In this document: piece after piece, positions 18,090 through 26,984 of the stretch
Position numbering within the stretch: position 1 is the stretch's first letter
Layout of the letters: each line of letters opens with the position of its first letter
Source: Patescibacteria group bacterium
GTDB taxonomy: Bacteria; Patescibacteriota; Minisyncoccia; Minisyncoccales; Staskawiczbacteraceae
NCBI GenBank assembly: GCA_038065715.1
Contig: JBBTQL010000006.1
Coordinates: 2,127-66,126, forward strand
DNA length: 64,000 nt
Direction: 5' to 3'
Position numbers and translations under genes: made by a program
Notes under the pieces: generated by a model
Seen by the model: the letters and a program-made list of their open reading frames with translations, nothing else
Database searches by the model: none
What the model was told of the DNA's origin: nothing

Positions 18090-19381
18090 TTAATTATTTT
18101 TGCTTTTAATGTAAAGGGCGCAACTTCGGTTATTTTTACTTTTACTAATTTTCCTAAAATATTTTTGTTTGATTTCACTTTAATCGTTTTGTATTGTTCG
18201 TTTTTGCCAAACCAGTAATCGCCGCGATTACTGTCTATTAAAACCATTGTTTCTTTTCCAATTAGTTTTTTGTTTTTTTCTAAAGCAGTTTGTTTTAAAA
18301 TTTCTGTTAAAACTTTTTCTCTGCGTTTTTTTTCAACAATTGAAACATCATCTTTTAATTTAGCGGCAGCAGTGCCAGTTCGCGGGGAATATTTGTTTAT
18401 ATAAGCCATATCAAATTTAATTTCACGGAAAAGTTTTGCAGTATTTTCAAATTGTTTTTTTGTTTCTCCAGGGAACCCAACAATTATGTCTGTGGACAAG
18501 GCAATGTTTTTAATTTTTTCTCTTAATTTTTTAATTTTATTTTTATAATCTTTTACAGTATAATGCCGATTCATTGATTTCAAAACTTTATCATCACCAG
18601 CCTGAACGGGCAAGTTTAAGTAGGGCGTCACCTTCTTACAAGTTGCCATCGTTTTTATAGCTTCGTCATTAAAGTCTTTTGGGTGGCTGGAAGTAAACCT
18701 TATCCAAAATTCGCCAGGGATATCATTTACCGTTCTTAATAATTTTGGAAAATTTATGCTGTTATCTTTATAGCTATTAACATTTTGCCCCAAAAGCCAA
18801 ATTTCCTTTGCCCCGCGAAGCCTTGGCGAAGTGGGGTTTGTAATATTTTTTATTTCTTGAATAATGTTTTTGGCTGGCCGCGAAATTTCCCTTTCGCGGG
18901 TGTAGGGGACAACGCAATAGGCGCAAAAATTATTGCAGCCTGTCATTATTGGCACATTAGCTGAAAATTTGTTTGAATATTTTGGAGTTATATCTAAATA
19001 ATCACCCTCGTCATATTTTAAGCGATAGCGTGAAATATGACGAGGGTTGGTTTTTATAATTTTTGGGATTTTTTTTATGTTTTTTATATCCAAAACGCAG
19101 TCAAAACCTTTTATAAAAATATTTTTGTCTTTTTTTAAAACACAGCCGGTTAAAATTGTTTTTAAATTTTTATTATTTTTTCTGATATTTTTAAATTTTT
19201 CAACAAGACCGTGAACGCGGTTTACCGCAGACTGCCTGACAGAGCACATTGCCACAACAACTAAATCTGCCTCTTTAAGATTAGAAGTGTTTTTATATTT
19301 TACAGAATCTAAAATCGTGGCAATTCTTTCAGAATCAGATATATTCATTTGGCATCCATATGTTATAATGTGATATTTCAT
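18086..19381 (-). CDS. miaB: tRNA-2-methylthio-N6-dimethylallyladenosine synthase
   Basis: N-terminal YGCQMN. Radical SAM GCNNFCAYCVVPYTRERE. C-terminal TRAM-like domain. Confidence 0.9.
   Translation of the reverse strand: MKYHIITYGCQMNISDSERIATILDSVKYKNTSNLKEADLVVVAMCSVRQSAVNRVHGLVEKFKNIRKNNKNLKTILTGCVLKKDKNIFIKGFDCVLDIKNIKKIPKIIKTNPRHISRYRLKYDEGDYLDITPKYSNKFSANVPIMTGCNNFCAYCVVPYTREREISRPAKNIIQEIKNITNPTSPRLRGAKEIWLLGQNVNSYKDNSINFPKLLRTVNDIPGEFWIRFTSSHPKDFNDEAIKTMATCKKVTPYLNLPVQAGDDKVLKSMNRHYTVKDYKNKIKKLREKIKNIALSTDIIVGFPGETKKQFENTAKLFREIKFDMAYINKYSPRTGTAAAKLKDDVSIVEKKRREKVLTEILKQTALEKNKKLIGKETMVLIDSNRGDYWFGKNEQYKTIKVKSNKNILGKLVKVKITEVAPFTLKAKIIK
18811..18836. repeat. GC-rich hairpin, in frame in miaB
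   Basis: ccccgcgaagccttggcgaagtgggg, encoding PTSPRLRGA. Confidence 0.55.
19005..19046 (-). repeat. Palindromic element family 3 (CCCTCGTCA...TGACGAGGG), 42 nt, in frame in miaB
   Basis: ccctcgtcatattttaagcgatagcgtgaaatatgacgaggg, with a 14-bp perfect stem. Inverted orientation relative to the copies at 30617 and 31310. Confidence 0.85.
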
Positions 19382-19458
19382 AGTGCTTATAATACAATAA
19401 ATTTAGTGTTTTGAAAAGATATTGCGCTTTGATTATTATAGGTTTAGACTTATATATT

Positions 19459-21333
19459 ATGTGCGGAATAATTGCTTATTTGGGAAACAAACAGGCTTTC
19501 CCCATTTTAATTAACGGATTAAAAAAATTAGAATACCGAGGTTACGATTCGGCCGGCATTTGCATTGGCGATAATCATCAGTTATTTCTTGCTAAAAAGA
19601 AAGGCAAGGTCAGCGAACTGGAAAAAGAGTTTTTAAGAGAATATGGTGTTTGTTCCATAGACGGCAATTACTGTGAAATAAAAAAAGAGTTCAAAGAAGT
19701 TATTGGTAATATGGGTATTGCCCACACTCGTTGGGCAACACACGGCGAGCCAAATGAAATAAACGCCCATCCTCATTTCGATTGTAAAAAAGAGATAGCA
19801 GTTGTTCATAATGGTATTATAGAAAACTATAATGCGCTAAAAGAGATTTTGGAAAAAGATGGTCATGTTTTTCTTTCAAAAACAGACACAGAAGTTATAA
19901 GCCATTTAATAGAAAAATTTTATAAAGATAATTTAGAAGACGCCGTAATAAAAGCTTTAAAGCTTGTTGAGGGAACTTTTGGCGTAGCGGTAATTTCTAA
20001 AAAAGAAAAAAATATTATTGTTGCCAGACGCGGCTCTCCAGTTGTTTTAGGAATTGGTGAAGGCGAAAATATTGTTGCTTCTGATGCTGTGGCTGTTCTG
20101 CCATATACAAAAAGAGTCATATATTTAAGCGATAACGAAATGGTCGTGTTGACTGAAAATAATTATATAATTAAAAATCTTAATGGCGATAAAATTGAAA
20201 AAGTAATTGACGAAATAAAATGGACCGCAAGCGAGATAGAAAAAAAGGGGTACAAACATTTTATGTTAAAAGAAATTTTTGAACAGCCTAGTGCGATAGA
20301 AAATACGTTGCGCGGCAGAATAGATAATGATTTTAACGTAAGACTAAGCTTAGATATTGATTTTAAATTTATAAAGAGAATAATAATTGTTGCTTGCGGA
20401 ACGAGCTGGCATTCAGCGTTAATTGGCAAGTATTTGATTGAAAAAATGGCTGATTTTCCAGTTGAAGTTGATTATGCTTCTGAATTTAGATATAGAAATC
20501 CTATTATAGGTTCGGATGATTTACTTTTAGTAATTTCGCAGTCAGGAGAAACAGCGGATGTTTTAGCGGCTTTAAGAGAGGCAAAAAATAAAGGGACAAA
20601 AACTTTGGGTATAATAAATGTAGTCGGTTCAACAATATCAAGAGAGGTTGATTCGGGAATTTATTTGCATGCTGGCCCGGAAATTGGAGTAGCAACGACC
20701 AAAGCTTTTTCTTGCCAGGTAACAGCCTTATTGATGTTTGCACTATTCTTAGCCCAAGAAAAAAACAATAAAACAGGACCTTCTATGGAATGTAAAAAGG
20801 AATTTTTTGAAGACTTATATTCTTTGCCAGATAAAATTAGGGAAGTTCTTTTGCAGTCGGAAAAAATTATTCCTCTGGCAGAAAAATTTAAAGACAGTAA
20901 AAATTTTCTCTATTTAGGCAGGGGAGTAAATTTTCCAGTTGCTTTAGAGGGCGCACTAAAACTTAAAGAAATTTCTTATATTCATGCTGAAGGATACCCG
21001 GCAGCCGAAATGAAACACGGACCAATAGCTTTAATAGATAGCGAAATGCCGGTAGTTTTTATTGCTACCAAAGACCATACCTATAACAAAATTTTAAGCA
21101 ATATGGAAGAGGTTAGCGCCAGGGGCGGACAAATAATAGCTCTGGTTAACGAAGTTGATAAAGATATACTTAATTTAGCAAAAAATGTAATAATAGTCCC
21201 AAAATGCAGGGAGGAATTAATGCCAATATTAAACACCATTCCTTTACAAATTTTAGCTTATCATATTGCTAATTTAAAGGGTATAGATGTTGATAAGCCT
21301 AAAAATTTAGCAAAATCAGTAACTGTTGAATAA
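19459..21333 (+). CDS. glmS: Glutamine--fructose-6-phosphate aminotransferase
   Basis: N-terminal MCGI. Two SIS domains. C-terminal KSVTVE. The ATG at 19459 is preferred over 19411. Confidence 0.95.
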   Translation: MCGIIAYLGNKQAFPILINGLKKLEYRGYDSAGICIGDNHQLFLAKKKGKVSELEKEFLREYGVCSIDGNYCEIKKEFKEVIGNMGIAHTRWATHGEPNEINAHPHFDCKKEIAVVHNGIIENYNALKEILEKDGHVFLSKTDTEVISHLIEKFYKDNLEDAVIKALKLVEGTFGVAVISKKEKNIIVARRGSPVVLGIGEGENIVASDAVAVLPYTKRVIYLSDNEMVVLTENNYIIKNLNGDKIEKVIDEIKWTASEIEKKGYKHFMLKEIFEQPSAIENTLRGRIDNDFNVRLSLDIDFKFIKRIIIVACGTSWHSALIGKYLIEKMADFPVEVDYASEFRYRNPIIGSDDLLLVISQSGETADVLAALREAKNKGTKTLGIINVVGSTISREVDSGIYLHAGPEIGVATTKAFSCQVTALLMFALFLAQEKNNKTGPSMECKKEFFEDLYSLPDKIREVLLQSEKIIPLAEKFKDSKNFLYLGRGVNFPVALEGALKLKEISYIHAEGYPAAEMKHGPIALIDSEMPVVFIATKDHTYNKILSNMEEVSARGGQIIALVNEVDKDILNLAKNVIIVPKCREELMPILNTIPLQILAYHIANLKGIDVDKPKNLAKSVTVE

Positions 21334-21814
21334 AATGTTAATCATAAAAAATGCAGAAAAAGAAAATTTAAAAGATATAGCCAAAATTTCTTCAGAAAAT
21401 TTTTCTGGGCTTAAAAATATTAAAGATGCAGAACAATGGATCGGCTGCAATTTTTTAGCGTTTCCAAGAATTCAATATTTTATTGCAGAAGAAAACGGTA
21501 AAATAGCTGGATATATTGAATGGATAGAAAAAGGCGGATTTAGGGAAAATTCAGTTTGGGAATTAGAGCAAATCTCAGTGGCAAAAGATTTTCAAGGTCA
21601 GGGAGTTGGAACGCAACTTATAAATAAATCTTTTTTAGAAGTAAAAAAATATACAGAAAAAAGAGGGGCAAAATTAAAAGCAATTGAGATTACTACTGGA
21701 ACAGATAATAATGCCCAAAGCCTTTATAAAAAAACATTGGGAGCTGAAAGCGAGTGCGTCATAAAAAATTTATTCCGCGGAGACGAAATTATAATGATAG
21801 CAAGGTTTGAATGA
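21326..21814 (+). CDS. GNAT family N-acetyltransferase
   Basis: QGQGVGTQLI acetyl-CoA binding motif. Confidence 0.8.
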   Translation: MNKMLIIKNAEKENLKDIAKISSENFSGLKNIKDAEQWIGCNFLAFPRIQYFIAEENGKIAGYIEWIEKGGFRENSVWELEQISVAKDFQGQGVGTQLINKSFLEVKKYTEKRGAKLKAIEITTGTDNNAQSLYKKTLGAESECVIKNLFRGDEIIMIARFE

Positions 21815-21821
21815 TCATTAT

Positions 21822-21856
21822 AAAAAAAACAGCTCCGTAAAGGAGCTGTTTTTTTG
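21822..21856. terminator. Bidirectional intrinsic terminator
   Basis: AAAAAAAA CAGCTCC gtaaa GGAGCTG TTTTTTT, between convergent genes. Confidence 0.75.
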
Positions 21857-21878
21857 TTGTATATGGTCCGCAGAATTA

Positions 21879-22913
21879 TTATTCTGTTGCAGCGCATTTG
21901 CCTCGTGAAACTATTTCTATCCCAGCCGCTCTTGCCAAACATTTGTTTCCGTATGTTTTTCCGTTTTTACCGCATACTGGAGCATATTCCTCTGTGCAAA
22001 CTTTTTGCTCTGAAGGAGTTAAACAGTTAAATGCTGTGGCGCATCCTTTCTGGTCTCTCTGTACTTTTATTGTTCCGTTTTTGCAAAAGTCTGCAGATGG
22101 TTTTGACGCAACAGGGCATTTTTTTTCTGTATTTTTTCCTGTCGTTTTTTCTATTAATTTATTGTTTATTTTTTCTCTCACGTTTTCTTTTATGCCATCT
22201 AATCTTTCTTTTACGTCATTTGGCATTTTTTCTTTTATTTTATCTAAAATATCAGAGTTGCTTTCGTCTCCATTTTGCAAAGAATTCTTTATTTTTTCAC
22301 TAATTTTTTCCTTGTTGTCTTGAAGTTTTGTCATTACATCTTTAAACCTTTCCAAGTGCTGTTCTCTTGCTTCTTTAATTTTTTCAAACACCGCCGGTGG
22401 CGCCTGACCTTCAAGTTTTTGGAGAATTTTTTCCTGCAATACCTGCTGGTTTGTGAATTTTTCTAAAAATTTATTTACTTCTTGATTGTTATCTGCCTTA
22501 TCTTTAATTTTATCAGCTGCGTTTTTTAACTTGTCTATGGATTTTCGGTAATTTTCTGTTGCCTTTTTTATTTTTTCAGCATTTGCCCCTTTGTCAGACA
22601 TTTTTTGCAATTCAATCAGTTTTTCGTTCGTAAACTTGCTTTCCAATTCTGCTTTTTTAATTTGGTTTATAGTAAAAAATATTTTAATCCCCCTAGTCCA
22701 ATTTTTTAGAAAATAAAAAGGGCTGTCTGGTAAAATATTTTGGTCGCTTACCTCAAGGTCTGTTGCTGAAACCTGAACAGCAGTATCTTGGGTGGCGGTT
22801 GTTGCCACAGTTTGAGCGCCAGTAGAATCAGTTTGAGCATTTATAGCAGGCGAAAATCCAATAAAAGTTAAGCAGATTAGCGCTGTTAATATATTTTTTA
22901 ATGCAATTTTCAT
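21879..22913 (-). CDS. Secreted protein: DUF5667-like N-terminal/coiled-coil region plus a C-terminal Kazal-type domain
   Basis: Signal peptide. LPDSPFYFLKNWTRGIKIFF. C-terminal CTEEYAPVCGKNGKTYGNKCLARAAGIEIVSRGKC (Kazal cysteine pattern). Confidence 0.7.
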   Translation of the reverse strand: MKIALKNILTALICLTFIGFSPAINAQTDSTGAQTVATTATQDTAVQVSATDLEVSDQNILPDSPFYFLKNWTRGIKIFFTINQIKKAELESKFTNEKLIELQKMSDKGANAEKIKKATENYRKSIDKLKNAADKIKDKADNNQEVNKFLEKFTNQQVLQEKILQKLEGQAPPAVFEKIKEAREQHLERFKDVMTKLQDNKEKISEKIKNSLQNGDESNSDILDKIKEKMPNDVKERLDGIKENVREKINNKLIEKTTGKNTEKKCPVASKPSADFCKNGTIKVQRDQKGCATAFNCLTPSEQKVCTEEYAPVCGKNGKTYGNKCLARAAGIEIVSRGKCAATE

Positions 22914-22989
22914 ATTATGTTTTTTTTATTGTTAATGTTATTGCGAATTTTCGACCTTTACCCCGAAAATTAACCTCTAACGGGGGAGT

Positions 22990-24612
22990 TTAACGGATTT
23001 CTTCTTTTTTTTCTTTTATAAAATATCGCCATCTCTCCAAAAACTCAACAAAAACAGAGAATGGCATATCAATTAAAGCATTAAAAAAAGTGGCAATGGC
23101 ATTGTATTGTTTCCATGTGTTTGAAAGCCATTGTCCAATTCCAGCCATCGGCAGAAATAATATATCAGACACAAAGCTAAAAAAACTTTCTGATTCTTCT
23201 TCAATTGTCAGCTCTTCTGCGCGTTTTCTGATTGCCTTGCCCGCAAAAAGTATTAAAGTAATAAATACTATGTTTATTATAATTGAAGTAATGGAGAATT
23301 TAAAGAAATTGAAAATCCAAATAATTGTTCCAAGGGATATTACAGCTCCCAGCGAGTAAAAAATAGAAATAATTAATCTTGTGAAAAACCCTCGTTTTTT
23401 TTGTATTTTTATTTCATATTTATCTATCTTTTCTTTTTGATATGCAATTTTCATTGTTTCCATTACAGCTATGCTTAAGTTTCTGTTAGAAGGTTTTTTT
23501 ATTGTTGCAACTAAAATAAACATTAAAATAGTTGGTATTAAAATATCTGCCGCCAATAAAATAAAATTAAGATGCCCAGTAAGTATTTTAGACAGCAATA
23601 CTTCCAATAATACTAAGGATAAAACTTTGGTTAAAAAAATAGATAGAGTTGAATAAATAGCCGCCCTTTGAAGCCTTGCTTTAAGCGTGGATAACCTTTT
23701 ACCATAAGCTGATTTTATTAAATTTTCTAATACGGCTGGGTCTTGTATTTTTTTGCCAATTTCTAAAGGATTGTCAGCGGATAATATATCTCCCAATAAT
23801 AAATACGGAGTGTCGTATTTTTCGCAAATTGCATAGAATTTTTTTAAAAGAGGGTGATTCAGTTCTTTTTCTATTTTATTCCATATTTTATAAATATTTT
23901 GAGCTATTTTAAAAAGCAAATCATCGCTGTTTTTGTGCCAATTCGGGTATTTATGCGTTATAAGATTATAACTTATAATCGGCTTGTCTAATTTAAAAAG
24001 AGCTTGTTGAACCGCAATATAAATTTGCATATCCTCGTCCTCTTTTTTTAACAAATCCCTTTCAAAAATATTTTCGCTTACTTTTATTCTTTCTTTCATC
24101 AACTCAAACATATAATCTATTAAAGCTCTCTCTTTTATGGCTGGAACTAAAATTTCTTCTATTTCGCAGGCAGTAATTTCTAAAAGCCAATTGTAAAATT
24201 GCAGTCCAGCTTTGCCCTTTTTATTTTCTGGGCTGTTTTTCAAAATAAAAACATATTTGTCTATTACTTTTTGAGCATCAGCGATTTTTGATTCTTCAAT
24301 TTTGTCATTTAAAAAGTGCCCCCCGCGGATCAATTCTAAAACCAAAGGTTCTGCTATTTGTTCATTGGGCGAAAAATTGCTTAGTTCTAAATCGAAAAAT
24401 CTCCTTTTTAATTTTCTTATAATAGCTGCCCTGCGCATTAAATGTTCTTCTTTCCAGTCAACTATTGTTCTTATATGCTCGTAAAAAGCAGCCACCCTTT
24501 GGGCAACTTCGTCAACATGTAAGGTTAAAACGCCTTCTTTTGGCTTTAAAGATTGCTGCCAGAGATTATATTTTGAAATTAAATTTTTTGTGGCCGCAGA
24601 AAGTTCTGCCAT
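22990..24612 (-). CDS. Hypothetical multi-pass membrane protein
   Basis: 540-aa ORF with several hydrophobic helices in the C-terminal third. No catalytic motif recognised. Confidence 0.6.
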   Translation of the reverse strand: MAELSAATKNLISKYNLWQQSLKPKEGVLTLHVDEVAQRVAAFYEHIRTIVDWKEEHLMRRAAIIRKLKRRFFDLELSNFSPNEQIAEPLVLELIRGGHFLNDKIEESKIADAQKVIDKYVFILKNSPENKKGKAGLQFYNWLLEITACEIEEILVPAIKERALIDYMFELMKERIKVSENIFERDLLKKEDEDMQIYIAVQQALFKLDKPIISYNLITHKYPNWHKNSDDLLFKIAQNIYKIWNKIEKELNHPLLKKFYAICEKYDTPYLLLGDILSADNPLEIGKKIQDPAVLENLIKSAYGKRLSTLKARLQRAAIYSTLSIFLTKVLSLVLLEVLLSKILTGHLNFILLAADILIPTILMFILVATIKKPSNRNLSIAVMETMKIAYQKEKIDKYEIKIQKKRGFFTRLIISIFYSLGAVISLGTIIWIFNFFKFSITSIIINIVFITLILFAGKAIRKRAEELTIEEESESFFSFVSDILFLPMAGIGQWLSNTWKQYNAIATFFNALIDMPFSVFVEFLERWRYFIKEKKEEIR

Positions 24613-24616
24613 AAAA

Positions 24617-26422
24617 TCATTTTTTATTTTCTATCTCTCCTTTTACCTTATCAATAAATTTTTCCAATGGCATTTGGCCTAAGTCTCCCTCGGCCATAGC
24701 CCTTTCGGGCGCAGCCGAACGGGCGAGGCCCTCGCCGCGCTTTCTGACAGAAACCGCGTTTGCAGAAATTTCTTTGTCGCCAACAATTAAAAGATAAGGG
24801 ATTTTTTGCATTTCAGCCTCTCTTATTTTTTTGCCCAAAGTTTCGTTTTCAGATTTTAATTCAATGCGTATTTTTTTTTCTTTTAATTCTTTTTCAATTT
24901 TTTTAGCGTAATCAAAATGTTTTTCTGAAATCGGAATAACTGCAACCTGAACAGGGGACAGCCACAAAGGAAAAGCCCCTTCGTATTTTTCAATAAGAAA
25001 AGCCATTGTTCTTTCTATGGCGCCTATAGACGAGCGATGTATCACAATAGCTTCTTTATCTTTACCATCTTTATCTGTATAAACTAAACTAAATCTTTTT
25101 GGACCCACAAAATCATATTGCACGGTAAAAGCGGTTTCTTCTTTTCCGGCGAAATTTTTCATTTGGATGTCTATTTTTGGGCCATAAAAAGCAGCTTCAT
25201 TTTTTGCCTCAAAAAAAGGAGCATTTCTGTTTTTTAAAACTTTTCTTAAAATGTTTTCTGCGTAATTCCAAGCCTTGTCGTCTTTGTAATATTTTTTGCT
25301 GTCTTTACGGTCGCCTAAGGAAAGCCTGTATCTGTAATCAGTGTTTAATTCTAAATCGAAAATTTTTGCCATGTGGTCAATTAAATCTAATACATTGTTT
25401 ATTTCTTCTTCAATTTTTTCAGGCTGGCAAATTATATGAGAGTCGGCAAGGCAAAAGCTTCTTACTCTTATTAAGCCCGTTAATTCACCGGATTTTTCGT
25501 AGCGAAATTGTTTTGCCAGTTCAGCAATTTTGAAAGGCAGTTCTCTATATGAACGAGGTTTTGCCAAATAAAGTTGGTAGTGGTGGGGGCATGTCATTGG
25601 CCTTAATATAAGTTCTTCTTCGTCAACTTTCATCACGGGGTACATTGTGTCTTTGTAATATGGATAATGTCCGGATTTTTTGTATAAATCTACCTTCGCT
25701 AATTCTGGAGTATAAACATGTTTGTATCCTCTTTTTATTTCTTCATCAACCACCAATCCTTCCAATTCGCGTCTTATTGCAGAACCTTTTTCAGTAAACA
25801 ATGGCAATCCTTTTCCTACTAAATCCGAAAACACAAATAAATCCAGTTTTTTTCCTAAAACTCTGTGGTCGCGTTTTTCAGCTTCTTCCTGCATTTTTAT
25901 ATAATCTTGCAATTCTTTTTCAGTTTCAAAAGCTAAGCCGTAAATTCTTGTCAGCATTTTATTTTTTTCTGAACCCTTCCAGTAAGCCCCTGCTATTTTT
26001 GTTAATTTAAAAGCTTTTGGATTTATTTCATTCGTTGATTTTACATGCGGCCCTTTGCACAGATCCACAAATTCCCGCGAATTCCCGGTATTCGCGGGAA
26101 TGGTGTAAATTGAAACCGTTTTTCCAGGAAGTTCTTTTATTAATTCTAATTTATATGGCTGGTCTTTAAATATTTTTTTTGCTTTTATTTTTGAGATTTC
26201 TTCTTTTTTAAACTTTTGGTTTTGCAAAATCAGCTCGCGCATTTTTTCTTCAATTTTTTTTAGGTCGTCTGGCTCTAATGGTTTTGTTAATTGAAAATCA
26301 TAGTAAAATCCATTTTCAATTGCAGGTCCTATGCCTAATTTTGTTTTAGGCCAAAATTCTAAAACAGCCTCGGCCATTATATGTGATAGGGAATGACGTA
26401 TTTTTTCTATATTTTCTGACAT
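24617..26422 (-). CDS. thrS: Threonine--tRNA ligase (no N-terminal TGS domain)
   Basis: Editing-domain HSLSHIMAEA. Class II core (RPMTCPHHYQ, FRYEKSGELTGLIRVRSF). Anticodon-binding tail. Confidence 0.95.
   Translation of the reverse strand: MSENIEKIRHSLSHIMAEAVLEFWPKTKLGIGPAIENGFYYDFQLTKPLEPDDLKKIEEKMRELILQNQKFKKEEISKIKAKKIFKDQPYKLELIKELPGKTVSIYTIPANTGNSREFVDLCKGPHVKSTNEINPKAFKLTKIAGAYWKGSEKNKMLTRIYGLAFETEKELQDYIKMQEEAEKRDHRVLGKKLDLFVFSDLVGKGLPLFTEKGSAIRRELEGLVVDEEIKRGYKHVYTPELAKVDLYKKSGHYPYYKDTMYPVMKVDEEELILRPMTCPHHYQLYLAKPRSYRELPFKIAELAKQFRYEKSGELTGLIRVRSFCLADSHIICQPEKIEEEINNVLDLIDHMAKIFDLELNTDYRYRLSLGDRKDSKKYYKDDKAWNYAENILRKVLKNRNAPFFEAKNEAAFYGPKIDIQMKNFAGKEETAFTVQYDFVGPKRFSLVYTDKDGKDKEAIVIHRSSIGAIERTMAFLIEKYEGAFPLWLSPVQVAVIPISEKHFDYAKKIEKELKEKKIRIELKSENETLGKKIREAEMQKIPYLLIVGDKEISANAVSVRKRGEGLARSAAPERAMAEGDLGQMPLEKFIDKVKGEIENKK
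24685..24740. repeat. GC-rich double hairpin, in frame in thrS
   Basis: TTCGG..CCGAA and GGCGAG..CTCGCC stems, encoding GEGLARSAAPERAMAEG. Confidence 0.7.
26071..26101. repeat. GC-rich hairpin with a perfect 12-bp stem, in frame in thrS
   Basis: attcccgcgaat tcccggt attcgcgggaat, encoding IPANTGNSRE. Confidence 0.8.
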
Positions 26423-26484
26423 AATTTTTATAGTTAATAAGTATATTTAATAATCTTACCACCTTTACTTTTATCAAGAAAGTC

Positions 26485-26513
26485 TTGACAAAAGTGTATT
26501 ATGGGTGTATGAT
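26485..26513 (+). promoter_or_regulatory. Sigma70-type promoter TTGACA-N17-TATGAT
   Basis: ttgaca aaagtgtattatgggtg tatgat, followed by TAATATAG. Confidence 0.5.
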
Positions 26514-26592
26514 TAATATAGCACACAATAGGTTTTTTTCTTAGCCGAGCTTGTCGCGAGGCAGAAGAAGACCAAACTACAGGAGTTCTGTT

Positions 26593-26916
26593 GTGGACAG
26601 TTTTTCTAAATACATCGTTGTCGCTGTTGCTTTTGTAACCAGCATTGGTGTTGTGGCGCTTGTTGTGTTGGATAAAAAAAACACAAATCAGCCCCTGCAT
26701 CAGGAATCAGCTAAGGCGGAAAGCGATCAAGGACATCAAGAGGAGGCCGACAAGATTGTTAGCCAGATTAGGTATATCAAGGATGAGCGAACCGAACTAT
26801 GTTTTGCCTATATCTTGGACGAACAGGGGAAAATTCAGTTTTTCACCTGCGTGCCAAGCAACATGGTTCAACCAAAGTTGCTAAAAATTGGCAAGACGGA
26901 GGGCAAACAGCCTTAA
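26593..26916 (+). CDS. Hypothetical small membrane-anchored protein (GC-richer cassette)
   Basis: AGGAG lies 7 nt before the GTG at 26593. N-terminal TM helix (YIVVAVAFVTSIGVVALVVL). The ORF track starts at TTG 26551. Confidence 0.5.
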   Translation: MDSFSKYIVVAVAFVTSIGVVALVVLDKKNTNQPLHQESAKAESDQGHQEEADKIVSQIRYIKDERTELCFAYILDEQGKIQFFTCVPSNMVQPKLLKIGKTEGKQP

Positions 26917-26947
26917 GTAATAAAAGGACTTAGCAGGCCTACTGCTT

Positions 26948-26977
26948 ACCGCATTGAAATATATGCGGTTTTTTTAT
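26948..26977 (+). terminator. Intrinsic terminator
   Basis: ACCGCAT / ATGCGGT stem followed by TTTTTTT. Confidence 0.7.
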
Positions 26978-26984
26978 GCAGAAA

